A program made the position numbers and the translations under genes. The notes under the pieces were generated by a model, which was not told the origin of the DNA, did no database searches, and worked only from the letters and a program-made list of their open reading frames with translations. This document shows positions 19,936-28,830 of a stretch of DNA of 64,000 nt, piece after piece. Position 1 is the first letter of the stretch; each line of letters begins with the position of its first letter. Origin of the DNA: an uncultured Desulfatitalea sp. (GTDB lineage Bacteria > Desulfobacterota > Desulfobacteria > Desulfobacterales > Desulfosarcinaceae); the NCBI GenBank assembly GCA_963668675.2, contig CAXXMB010000001.1, forward strand, positions 1,024,001 through 1,088,000, read 5' to 3'.

Positions 19936-20320
19936 GCGCAGTGATCCTTAAATTCAATGCAATTATCGAAAATTTAGGATGTGGAAAAGCGCGGCGTGCC
20001 GGAAGCGTATAGGTGTTGGAGGATTCCGGCTTTTCCAACATCCTATAAAGGGCAACTTATGATGAGAATCTTTTGTAGGCAAAGGTTCCACGGAAACAAT
20101 GGAAAATATAAACAAAAATTGTAAATTCTCTATAATTACTACTGATTCCACTTTAACTTAGAATTAATTACGATGTGTTGTAGATTCACATTCTACATTC
20201 TACTTAGATACTTTTAGAATCATCTGTCAGGATTTATAATAGTCATGCGATGGTGGAAGCTTCTCATGAAAGCTTTACCCTATCAATGCATTGGTAATTC
20301 GAACATTGCTGGAGGAATAA

Positions 20321-22177
20321 ATGAAAAGGTTTTTATGGTTTCTAAGTATTTATTTCGTCTTATTTTTAGCTGGAGTTGCTCAGGCACAAGTTCAGAGATA
20401 CAGAATTCCTGCTGGTAACTATAAATTACAACCCGGTCAACAGCTTATTAAAGCTTTTTGTTTGGACGGAGTGAGCAGACCTCCCGCAGAGGTTTCCAAC
20501 CTTTTAAAGGGCGCATCAAACTCATTGTGGATTTCTCGAACAAACAATGGCGAAAAAGCCCCCCCCATAAGCATCCATAAAGCAATAAAACAGAATATTA
20601 TTGAAATAAGAGGAAATGGTACGACAAACAATGTTCTACTTGAACTAAAAATTGCGCCCAAGGATGGGGAGTCTTACGACCTAATTTCTGACATATCAGG
20701 TTACGCAATTGTTGGTGAAAATAATGAAGAAATATTAGATATTATAAAAGAACTTCCCCCTGTAGGGGAGACTATGCACAAGTTTATTAAATTTGAAAAA
20801 GCAGCTACTGCCCTTAAGGATGTTATTAAGTATGAAATGCCAGATAAAGTTCCGATTATTAGGTTTGTTGAAGAAAATGTACAGGTAGGTCTTCGCAATA
20901 AATCGACAGACGAGACAAATGAATTGTTGGAAAATGCTTATGCTTATCTCCATGAAAAAATCTTGCATGGCTATTCCCCAGAGCGCCGATTGGAAAATTT
21001 TAGCTGGGACACACACAAACTTCTTTCAAAAAATGAAATTTCAAAGTTACGAAACGCTGGAATTGATATAGCTATATCATATACGGATGAATTCAGGGAA
21101 CAATGGACGGAGGTAAAGTACGCATTCTCTGAATACAATAGAATTATAGGTGACAAAAAAATTACTCAACCTATTCACACGAGTGATTGGAGAACTAATT
21201 TAACTGAAAAGATACAGGAAAATTTGCCTATATTCAATATTGAAGATGACTCAAGTATACCGCGTGAAGCACTGGAACTATGGTTGGGAAAGAGATTATT
21301 AACAAAGGATTTTGATTTCCTTTCTAAGTATGGGCATATCACAATTGCTAACAAATCATTTCGTGAAATAGAAAATGCTGCGCTATTGCGCCTACAAGAA
21401 GAAGGATTAATTGTCAACTCTCTGAATTCATCCCAAAGAATATCTCGCGAACAGTTGGTAACTGGAAATATTGCGCTCAACCTAGAAAGCAAATTAACAC
21501 TTATAGAAGATTCGTTCTTACAGGATGGATTCTTTGGATATGATAGTGCTGAAGCTAAGGCTGTTCTTCTTGCACTTAAATCCTCTGGAGCGATTGAATA
21601 TAAAAGCTTCTCAGCTGCATTTAGCAAACCTTCAGCTAAGCCAATGTATCTGATCGTTATAGCTCCTCGGAGTTCTGAAGCGAAGAAGGAAGAATGGTTT
21701 GAATTGTGGGGAAATCAAAATCCGAATGTTCTCAATAGCAATTTCGCTCCACTTCGTCATCGAAATGATTGCGATTTCGCTGATTCTATCGATTCTCTTG
21801 ACAAGGCTATCGATAAGGCTAGAAAAAACGGGAAACAAATTGCATTTTTTCATCATAACCCAAAAGAGTCCAGACAAAGTCAGTTAAGCAGATTATTAAA
21901 CTTTAATGTTTTAATCCAACTAGCCTTAGTACCCAAAGAAACCCAGAGCTTCAGATGTTCAAGTCTCTCTGATTTTTTAGGAGAATCGAGTGGGACCGTT
22001 TGCGACCTCAACGTCAAGCATGCTGTTAAATCATTTATTAAAGTTTTGGACAACAAAGAAAAAAATTTTGCAGCATGCTACTGCAAGTCTTTGGATAATG
22101 AGAGGGTATTGGGTTTATTTGTAAGGACTTTGGCTGGAGCTATTATCTACGATATCCTTTTCGACGACACTATGTAA
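20321..22177 (+). CDS. Exported protein of unknown function (prophage moron)
   Basis: 618 aa, RBS GGAGG, signal peptide ending AQA; AT-rich and opposite strand to phage genes. Confidence 0.8.
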   Translation: MKRFLWFLSIYFVLFLAGVAQAQVQRYRIPAGNYKLQPGQQLIKAFCLDGVSRPPAEVSNLLKGASNSLWISRTNNGEKAPPISIHKAIKQNIIEIRGNGTTNNVLLELKIAPKDGESYDLISDISGYAIVGENNEEILDIIKELPPVGETMHKFIKFEKAATALKDVIKYEMPDKVPIIRFVEENVQVGLRNKSTDETNELLENAYAYLHEKILHGYSPERRLENFSWDTHKLLSKNEISKLRNAGIDIAISYTDEFREQWTEVKYAFSEYNRIIGDKKITQPIHTSDWRTNLTEKIQENLPIFNIEDDSSIPREALELWLGKRLLTKDFDFLSKYGHITIANKSFREIENAALLRLQEEGLIVNSLNSSQRISREQLVTGNIALNLESKLTLIEDSFLQDGFFGYDSAEAKAVLLALKSSGAIEYKSFSAAFSKPSAKPMYLIVIAPRSSEAKKEEWFELWGNQNPNVLNSNFAPLRHRNDCDFADSIDSLDKAIDKARKNGKQIAFFHHNPKESRQSQLSRLLNFNVLIQLALVPKETQSFRCSSLSDFLGESSGTVCDLNVKHAVKSFIKVLDNKEKNFAACYCKSLDNERVLGLFVRTLAGAIIYDILFDDTM

Positions 22178-22219
22178 CCAGATAAAGGAACTTTAACGAT
22201 ACTAAAAGGAGCATAAATT

Positions 22220-22567
22220 ATGTCTTTATACATGGTGGCATTCTTAGCCTTGCTAGGTGCTGTCGCGCAACAGTGGTTCCATTACCGAGACCTACATGCA
22301 CGCTTATCCCCTGAGAGCTGGAATTCACTTAAGGTAGGTAGTAGATACTACATATTTGCTGCAGTCGATGTAATGGTTTTTTCCACCATAGCAACTGTTT
22401 ACATTCTTAGCAAAAAGGATTTGATTTATAGCCCATTTGAAATTGTGGTTATAGGAGCAGCTGCACCTGCGCTTTTCAAGAATGCGGTTTCCGGATTGAG
22501 CAAGCGAAATACTATAGCAGGTGACCCTATCATCAAAACTGCCTCTGCCTACTTTGGTATTGAATAA
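22220..22567 (+). CDS. Small 3-TM membrane protein (moron partner)
   Basis: 115 aa, RBS AAGGAG, three hydrophobic segments, G..AP motif. Confidence 0.8.
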   Translation: MSLYMVAFLALLGAVAQQWFHYRDLHARLSPESWNSLKVGSRYYIFAAVDVMVFSTIATVYILSKKDLIYSPFEIVVIGAAAPALFKNAVSGLSKRNTIAGDPIIKTASAYFGIE

Positions 22568-22657
22568 ATAGGCCTATGTTAAATGCGTGTAAGGCATCTT
22601 GTTTTAATATTTAAGGCTTGGACCATTGGCAAAATTGACAGAATATAGACAAGATTT

Positions 22658-22912
22658 TTAAATAGCACCTTGCTTAAAAAGATAGTTCTTTACACTTAGG
22701 CTCTTAATCCTTTTGGGTTTATTTTTGGTTACTTCCAGATCACCTTGTTCTATCTTCATGTAAACTTGCGAAAGAGATACTCGCAAAATTGCAGCCACCT
22801 CGTCAGGTCTCAGCAAAATCTTCGCCTCCAATATCCCCATATCGGTAATGGCCTGATTACCGCACTCAAATACCGGTATTTTTTTAAGGGTGATTTTGTT
22901 TTTTGAAGGCAT
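22658..22912 (-). CDS. Excisionase/MerR-type HTH protein, probable late-gene activator
   Basis: LLRPDEVAAILRVSLSQVY.KIE.GDL motif; real start MPSKNK at 22912 after RBS; last early gene before the lysis operon. Confidence 0.7.
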   Translation of the reverse strand: MPSKNKITLKKIPVFECGNQAITDMGILEAKILLRPDEVAAILRVSLSQVYMKIEQGDLEVTKNKPKRIKSLSVKNYLFKQGAI

Positions 22913-22928
22913 CAATATCCACCTTTCC

Positions 22929-23375
22929 TTATCCAGTATACCGCCCATGCCGCCGAGCATCATACTCCAGCGCCGCAATGATGCTACGCAGCTGATCAGG
23001 ATCACACCACTCCACCCGATCCACCTTGCACATCCGCTTCGCCATGGCATGCACATAGGACCAGGGCCGTTTCGCCTCAGCCAAATATGCCTCGATCTTA
23101 AGCAGCATGGCTTTCTTACCGGTCCCCTCAAGCCCGTCCATCTCCGGCCGCCCGAAAAACCTCCCCCCACCCGCCCTCGATTTAAATCCCACTCGCCGCA
23201 AATGCGAGAGCACCTCCCGACGCCCGGCAGCGGTAAGATCCGCGGCACTTTCCACCCCGGCGACCTCCTGGAGCATGGCCCGGTAGGTCGTATCATCCAT
23301 CCCCAGTTGCTTTTTGGCGATGTGGATCTTGGCAAGATCTCGCTTGCGATCGCTATGGTGATTGGTTGGTGCCAT
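22929..23375 (-). CDS. Mu GemA/gp16 family protein (DUF1018)
   Basis: LAKIHIAKKQLGMDD.TYRAML...G..SA.DL and KIEA.L......W.Y motifs. Confidence 0.9.
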   Translation of the reverse strand: MAPTNHHSDRKRDLAKIHIAKKQLGMDDTTYRAMLQEVAGVESAADLTAAGRREVLSHLRRVGFKSRAGGGRFFGRPEMDGLEGTGKKAMLLKIEAYLAEAKRPWSYVHAMAKRMCKVDRVEWCDPDQLRSIIAALEYDARRHGRYTG

Positions 23376-23380
23376 GGGCG

Positions 23381-23899
23381 TTACCTTTCGGCGGTATCGG
23401 CGATGCGCTCTTCATTGACCTCGTACCAGAACTGATCCTTATCCACCCGGCGAGCCCCGACCAGATCGAGACGCTCGGCGGGCCAGGCGGCAAGCTCTTC
23501 TTTGTTGACCTCCTCTTTGGTGCGGATCGCGGTGCAGAATTTCATCTCTTTAAGACGGCCCAGCACCATGGCCCAGGTGGTTTTGGGTTTGGGTTTGATG
23601 GCACTTGATTTTCGAAAACCGATCGTTCCGTAATCAAGCTCGCAGGAGCGTTTGTTCTTAAACAGGGTGCGTTTGCTTTGTTCGGCAAAGGCGGTCAGGC
23701 CCGCTTCGATCTGGGCGATGCGGGTTTTTAGCGGTGCGGCCTGGGTGTCGGCATCAGCCTTGGCGGTATCTATTGTTTCGTTCAGGTCGGTTTCGATAAG
23801 GGTGATTTGACGGTTTAAGGTGCAGATCTCGGACAGGGCCGTGTTGGCCCCAGTGAGGGTGGTGACCGGATGGATCTTTTTAGGCTTTCGTCTTGCCAT
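23381..23899 (-). CDS. gam: Mu Gam-like host-nuclease inhibitor
   Basis: Coiled coil, then KRS..L.YG.IGFRKS and IR.KEEVNKE.L motifs; ends ..D.FWYE. Confidence 0.85.
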   Translation of the reverse strand: MARRKPKKIHPVTTLTGANTALSEICTLNRQITLIETDLNETIDTAKADADTQAAPLKTRIAQIEAGLTAFAEQSKRTLFKNKRSCELDYGTIGFRKSSAIKPKPKTTWAMVLGRLKEMKFCTAIRTKEEVNKEELAAWPAERLDLVGARRVDKDQFWYEVNEERIADTAER

Positions 23900-24071
23900 G
23901 GGAACGCTCCTCGAGTTGATGTCGGATCAAAAAGCCGGTGACGGCGGTTTCGATGCAGGCACATAGGGCCAGCATGGTTTTGGCTTTATCGATGGTCAGC
24001 TCCTGGCCGTTTTTAAGGTGCTCGGATTTTAGCTGATCGATCCAGCCATCGATGCGATCAGGCCCGACCAT
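23880..24071 (-). CDS. Hypothetical early protein
   Basis: 63 aa, overlaps neighbours in the co-directional early operon. Confidence 0.5.
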   Translation of the reverse strand: MVGPDRIDGWIDQLKSEHLKNGQELTIDKAKTMLALCACIETAVTGFLIRHQLEERSHGKTKA

Positions 24072-24276
24072 TGGTGCACCTTAAGGCGGTCGAGTGGACC
24101 AGGCCGAGTTGGTCCAGGGTGGTTTTGACTTTGCGAAGGTTCTCCATGGACTTTTGTTTGGACAGGCGACTGTTAAAGTCGGTGGTATTAACGCCGGTTA
24201 AGTCCATGGTCGCCTGGGCCAGATCGATTCTTAACTGGTCGATCTGTTTCTGGTTGGTATCGTCGATAAAGATCAT
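24058..24276 (-). CDS. Hypothetical early protein
   Basis: 72 aa with RBS AGGAG; operon packing. Confidence 0.55.
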   Translation of the reverse strand: MIFIDDTNQKQIDQLRIDLAQATMDLTGVNTTDFNSRLSKQKSMENLRKVKTTLDQLGLVHSTALRCTNGRA

Positions 24277-24288
24277 GGGGTTTTTCTC

Positions 24289-24600
24289 CTATCGGTGCGC
24301 CGTACAGCATTTACAGGCCTGATAGAGCCTGACACGCTGGGGCGATGTGGCGGCAAAGGGTTTTTTGCGTTCGGCGGCACATTTTTTCAGGGTGATCTTT
24401 CCCATCACCGGGCAGTCGACCGTGCCGGTGCCGTACACATCAGATACGCGGTTAAGGACGTTTTCGATGCGGCCGCGGTACTTGCCGTGGATCACCTGGT
24501 TGACCACCGCGGCCGAATAGCCCAAGGATCGGGCCACGGCCGACTGTCCGGACTGGGCCACCGCTTGTTTTAATAGGGTCATGGGGTCATTGTTTCTCAT
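24289..24600 (-). CDS. HTH protein with Cys cluster, common in Mu-like early regions
   Basis: Q..VA..LGYS...V.QV..GKY.G, then V.CPV.G.I....C and C..C. Confidence 0.75.
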   Translation of the reverse strand: MRNNDPMTLLKQAVAQSGQSAVARSLGYSAAVVNQVIHGKYRGRIENVLNRVSDVYGTGTVDCPVMGKITLKKCAAERKKPFAATSPQRVRLYQACKCCTAHR

Positions 24601-24602
24601 CG

Positions 24603-25022
24603 TTAAAACCGAAACCCGATCTCAAAGTAGTTGCCCTCTTCCACGGTGCCGTCGCTATCTACCGGGTGCCAGCAAAAGTGCTTGATGGCGGTAAAAAAGC
24701 TGATGTGCCGGGTGATGGGACGCTGCCAGCCAAGGCCTACGGTGTAGCGGATGCTGGCCGGATGAAAGCTTCCGTCGTCGTTATAGGCGTCCATTAAGGT
24801 GATCAGATTGACGAAGGGTCTGATGGTGCCGGTTAAAAATCCCATCTGGTGGCCGATCTCAACTTCTGAGCGATAGTCGGCTTTGCCGCCGTCGGGATAG
24901 GCCCTGACGTTTTCCTGGTTAAAGTAGGTGCCAAATGAGACCAGGCCGTCGATGGCCATTGCGGTTGTGGGCAGTATCAATACGATTGCAGCGATCAGGA
25001 TCATTTTAGTTTTTATCTTCAT
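24603..25022 (-). CDS. Exported, probable small outer-membrane beta-barrel protein
   Basis: Signal peptide ending AMA, alternating beta-strand pattern, C-terminal YFEIGFRF. Confidence 0.6.
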   Translation of the reverse strand: MKIKTKMILIAAIVLILPTTAMAIDGLVSFGTYFNQENVRAYPDGGKADYRSEVEIGHQMGFLTGTIRPFVNLITLMDAYNDDGSFHPASIRYTVGLGWQRPITRHISFFTAIKHFCWHPVDSDGTVEEGNYFEIGFRF

Positions 25023-25353
25023 GGGAGGACTCCTCGTGTTCGCTGATGCAGGCCGATCCTAAGGGACGACCGCAGGTGTTGCAGCGCATGGGATACTTGG
25101 GGCCGATGTCTTTAACCAGGCGAAGGCCCCGAAACACCCCCACACGGCCGGGGGACCAATTGCCGATCTGCTCGACGTAACCGTGGCATTCGAGTCTTTT
25201 GACGAACTTTCTCACGTTGCCGCGTTTGGCGCCGGCGGTTCGGCACAGATCGGCGATGGTAAAGCGGCGCATGATCCGCATGCTCTGCCAGATTTTGTTG
25301 CGCAGCGCCGTTTGTGGCGGCGCAGAAGGTGTCATGCCTTTGATGCCGGGCAT
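25006..25353 (-). CDS. Winged-HTH early protein
   Basis: R.KIWQSMRIMRRFT..DL...N..KFV..L...GY motif, typical after transposase B in B3/BcepMu-like phages. Confidence 0.75.
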   Translation of the reverse strand: MPGIKGMTPSAPPQTALRNKIWQSMRIMRRFTIADLCRTAGAKRGNVRKFVKRLECHGYVEQIGNWSPGRVGVFRGLRLVKDIGPKYPMRCNTCGRPLGSACISEHEESSHEDKN

Positions 25354-26072
25354 CAGGCTCTCCTTGCAAAGCGGGGTTGGTCGTAAAAAAGGGCCCTATT
25401 GGCCCACTCCTTTCGGGTCACGGTCTCAAGGGCGTTTAGCTTTCCGAACTGCTCGATGCGGGCAATGCCGGTGACCATGCGCCCGATGTTTTTACGGGCG
25501 GCCTTGTGCACGTGGGTTAAAAGATCGTCGGCGAGTTTTACGTCGCAGATGGTCTCGGCTAAGGTGTGGGCGTCTTCCGCATCGATCCCTGAAAATTCCA
25601 CCCACTGGGTGATGCGCCGGGCGAACTTGCCCCGGCTTTGGACCTTTCGGGCAAACTCTTCCATGCCGATTAAGACGACCGGGGATCCGGTCACATCGTA
25701 GATGTCTCGCATGGCATCGAGCATTTCTGTTTGGCGGAACAGATAGTCGGCCTCGTCGATAAAGATCGGACGGGGGGTTTCTGAAAGGTTTTTTACGGCC
25801 GCTTCCATCATGGGGGCTCTACGGCCTGCGGCCGGAAGGCCAAGTTCTACCATCAAAGCGCCGAGCATGCTGGTGACGGTCCAGCAGGTGTTTGCCCTTA
25901 AAAAGATGCCGTCCAAGGTGTTGCAGGCAAAGGCCACGGTGGTGGATTTGCCCTCTCCGGGCTCGCCCCATAAAATTGCCATGCCCTCAACGCCCATGGG
26001 CCGGTCGTTTAGTTCGCGCACCGCGGCGAGAAAGCGTCGCACGTTTTTGGTCATTGCCATGTCGTCTCTCAT
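25353..26072 (-). CDS. MuB-like AAA+ transposition ATPase
   Basis: GEPGEGKS Walker A, IFIDEADY Walker B, RDIYD...PVVLIGM. Confidence 0.92.
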   Translation of the reverse strand: MRDDMAMTKNVRRFLAAVRELNDRPMGVEGMAILWGEPGEGKSTTVAFACNTLDGIFLRANTCWTVTSMLGALMVELGLPAAGRRAPMMEAAVKNLSETPRPIFIDEADYLFRQTEMLDAMRDIYDVTGSPVVLIGMEEFARKVQSRGKFARRITQWVEFSGIDAEDAHTLAETICDVKLADDLLTHVHKAARKNIGRMVTGIARIEQFGKLNALETVTRKEWANRALFYDQPRFARRA

Positions 26073-26075
26073 ATG

Positions 26076-26375
26076 CTACCTCTTTTGTAAGCTATAGTTA
26101 CTCTTTTCATCAGATCCGGTCGGGGCCCCTATTCCCCGGCCGGTTCTTTTTGGGCCGATGCCGTGAGCGGCCGCCATCCGGCCAGTCAGGCGCCTTATAC
26201 TTGCCGCCTTTTGAAACTTTCCTACCGCAGACAAGCGAAGTGCTTCTCTTTCCGGGTTTGGCAAAAGCTCTGCCAGGCGCCGTTCACGGTTGGCTTCACC
26301 GCAAAGGGCCGCCGATCGGCGCAGGCCGTCTGCGACCAGGCGGGCGGCCGTGCGTTTGAGCTTTTCTTTTTCCAT
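26076..26375 (-). CDS. Hypothetical basic protein
   Basis: Start MEKEKLK at 26375 after RBS AAGGAGG. Confidence 0.55.
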   Translation of the reverse strand: MEKEKLKRTAARLVADGLRRSAALCGEANRERRLAELLPNPEREALRLSAVGKFQKAASIRRLTGRMAAAHGIGPKRTGRGIGAPTGSDEKSNYSLQKR

Positions 26376-26386
26376 GGTGCGCCTCC

Positions 26387-26620
26387 TTATGGGTTGGGGG
26401 TTAAAAAGGAACGGGCGGCGGTAAAGCTTGCCGTAAACCCGTCTCCGATCTTTCGATAAAGGGCCCGGCGGATGTTCTCCGGAAGCTTTTTCCAGCAGGC
26501 AAAGCAAAAGGCCATGCCGGTTTGCTTGGCGTGTCCGCACAGGCAGGTGCCGCTTTTAAGCGCCTTTACTGCCGCCAGGCGGTCTTGTTCTTTTTGGGTT
26601 AATACTGGTTGGGAGAGCAT
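26387..26620 (-). CDS. Small zinc-finger-like protein
   Basis: Start MLSQPV after RBS GGAGGGG; CLCG..K......CFACW.KLP motif. Confidence 0.6.
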   Translation of the reverse strand: MLSQPVLTQKEQDRLAAVKALKSGTCLCGHAKQTGMAFCFACWKKLPENIRRALYRKIGDGFTASFTAARSFLTPNP

Positions 26621-26642
26621 TTTTATCCCCTCCTTTAAAGGG

Positions 26643-28823
26643 TTACTGGGTTGCCCGCTCGCCGGTGGCAAGCCACAGCTCGTAGCGTTTCATCCAGGCA
26701 AGGTCGGCATCTGATAGATCGATACCGCAGCGAAGGTCTTGCTCGAGCTGCTCGTACTTTTCCTGGGCTGTGGCCGGAAGCGGCCGGTTATCGTTTTTGA
26801 CCGTGGCCATATCGATCAGTTCGGCGGCGGCCTGCTCTTCTTCTGTGGTGATGTCGATGGGCACCGGGCCCAGCTGACTTTTGCGAATATCGTCCACGGC
26901 CCGGGCGGCCTCTTGCATGGCGAAGGTTTCGTAAGGCTCGCTGGGAGATGGGAAGCGGTGCACGTTGGCCCGCTTTTGTTCCCTGAAAGACAGGATCTCC
27001 TTGCCGATCTCATCGACGGCGGCTTCTTTGGCGATGCGTTTAAGCTCCCGCCTTCCTTCTCGCATCACCCGGTCCTGGATGGCCCGGGCCCTTGAGGCGA
27101 TCTCGGCCCGGTCGTGTCCGGTCCTGAAGGGATCCACTGCTCGGCATAAGAATTCCTTGGATCCGTCCGGTTGGATCAAAAAGACGTAGATGGTGCCGTA
27201 GTCGATGGGGTCGAGCAAAACAAAGACAGTCTTTCCCACATGTGGGCCGAGCTCTGCGGCGATGAAGGTGCCGTTTTGGACGTGGATGCCGTCTTTTCCC
27301 ACCACGCGGGTGCCGTTTCTGTCCGGGGCGGGCGACAGCAGGATGTCTAATGCCCGCTCGTCGGTGATGCGCCGGACCGGCTGGGTCCAGCCTCTTACCA
27401 TCTGGTCCGGGGTCTTGCCGTTAAGCCCACCGTGGGTGTTGTGGTGGTAGACGGCATCGCACCAGCGATCGCAGATCTGTTGGAACTGCTCAGAGTTCAT
27501 TTTGATCTCAACGGGCTCTTCGCCTTGTTTCATGATGCGCTGGGCAAAACTTTGGCGATCCTGGATCTGTTTTCGTTCGGCAACGCTATGGCCGATGTAG
27601 CCGGGCAGAAGCTCGACGATGCCGTGGAGAACTGTCCAGAAGAAGCGTTCGATGTGGGGCTTGTCCTCTGGGTGAAATGGCCGGCAGAGCATCTGGTCGA
27701 TTTCTAAAGATTCGAAGACGCGTACCATGTGACTAGAGACGTAATCGGATCCGTTATCGGTTTTGGCGGTTTCTGGTACACCCCAGTCTAAAATCGCCCG
27801 GCGGGTGAGCGCTGCGATGGCTTCTGATTTTGAGGTGGGGGTGACGTGAAGCTTTGCCCTTCGGCTGTATACATCGACGACGCCGATCAGGTTATAGCGG
27901 CCATCGGTGAGCAGGATATCGCCCGGGGTGGAGTCGAACTCCCAGATCTGGTTTAATCGAGTTACCGGTTCGTCGGCTTTGCCCAGGGCGATCATGTGGT
28001 TGCTGCGCCACTGGTCAAAGCTTGTGGTGTAAAGGATCAGGCTTTGGTTGTCGGTGCGCCACTTTTTAACGAAGCGTCTGACGGCGGACTTGCTGGGGAT
28101 CTCTTGGCCAGCAAAGCGGGCCTCTACGGCCTGGTGCACGGTGGGGATCCCCAGGTGGGGCCGTTCGGTCAAAAGTCCCCTTATAAAATCTTGCATGTGT
28201 TTGGCGATGGAGGTGGTGCGGGTGGCTTCATACTGGCCGGCAAGGCCTGCCAGGCCGCACTCGGTAAAGGCTCTTTCCCAGCGGTATAAGCTTGCCCAGG
28301 AGAGGGATATTATGCCGTTTCTGGTGCCGACCGCCTGTTCGATCCATTTGGGGAGTTTGATGGCGCCGGCTTTGTATTCTCGGATGAAGATGATGGTGCC
28401 CTTTTTCTTGGGAAGGTTGGCGGCCTGTATGAACGCATCGCGTGCCCTTAGGATCTCAAGGCGCGCTTTGGCTTCTGTTTTTCTGGAGTCGGGGAGTTTT
28501 TCGTAGGCGGCAAGGCCGGCCTCTTTGGCCTGGCGGCGAGATTGTTTGGCGGCGGCAAGTTCTGCGGTGAGCTCTTTTGCCCGGGTGTACCCCGATTGCG
28601 CCGCGGTGCCGGCAAAGGTGGGTTTGATCCGCGCTGCCAGGGTAGCCCTAATCTCTTCGGGAAGTCCTGAGACCATATACAGATAGGTGTTGCCGCCCTG
28701 GACGCTTTTGACCACCCTTGGCCACCCTGCCCTTCTGGCCCTTTTTTGCACGGCCCGTTCGCTGACGTTTAGGACCATGGCCAGCTGCCGTGATGAGATC
28801 TGTCCGGGTAGTGTCGCTTGCAT
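26643..28823 (-). CDS. MuA-like DDE transposase
   Basis: N-terminal Mu-type HTH; WEFDSTP.D, VVDVYSRR, KTDNGSDY and P..KPHIERFF catalytic motifs; Mu-transposase C-terminal region. Confidence 0.93.
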   Translation of the reverse strand: MQATLPGQISSRQLAMVLNVSERAVQKRARRAGWPRVVKSVQGGNTYLYMVSGLPEEIRATLAARIKPTFAGTAAQSGYTRAKELTAELAAAKQSRRQAKEAGLAAYEKLPDSRKTEAKARLEILRARDAFIQAANLPKKKGTIIFIREYKAGAIKLPKWIEQAVGTRNGIISLSWASLYRWERAFTECGLAGLAGQYEATRTTSIAKHMQDFIRGLLTERPHLGIPTVHQAVEARFAGQEIPSKSAVRRFVKKWRTDNQSLILYTTSFDQWRSNHMIALGKADEPVTRLNQIWEFDSTPGDILLTDGRYNLIGVVDVYSRRAKLHVTPTSKSEAIAALTRRAILDWGVPETAKTDNGSDYVSSHMVRVFESLEIDQMLCRPFHPEDKPHIERFFWTVLHGIVELLPGYIGHSVAERKQIQDRQSFAQRIMKQGEEPVEIKMNSEQFQQICDRWCDAVYHHNTHGGLNGKTPDQMVRGWTQPVRRITDERALDILLSPAPDRNGTRVVGKDGIHVQNGTFIAAELGPHVGKTVFVLLDPIDYGTIYVFLIQPDGSKEFLCRAVDPFRTGHDRAEIASRARAIQDRVMREGRRELKRIAKEAAVDEIGKEILSFREQKRANVHRFPSPSEPYETFAMQEAARAVDDIRKSQLGPVPIDITTEEEQAAAELIDMATVKNDNRPLPATAQEKYEQLEQDLRCGIDLSDADLAWMKRYELWLATGERATQ

Positions 28824-28830
28824 GGGGCTC

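Noticed and set aside
22913..23335. N-terminal 140 aa of the 225-aa ORF 22658..23335
   Set aside because: Overlaps gemA out of frame; the HTH gene has its own RBS and ATG at 22912.
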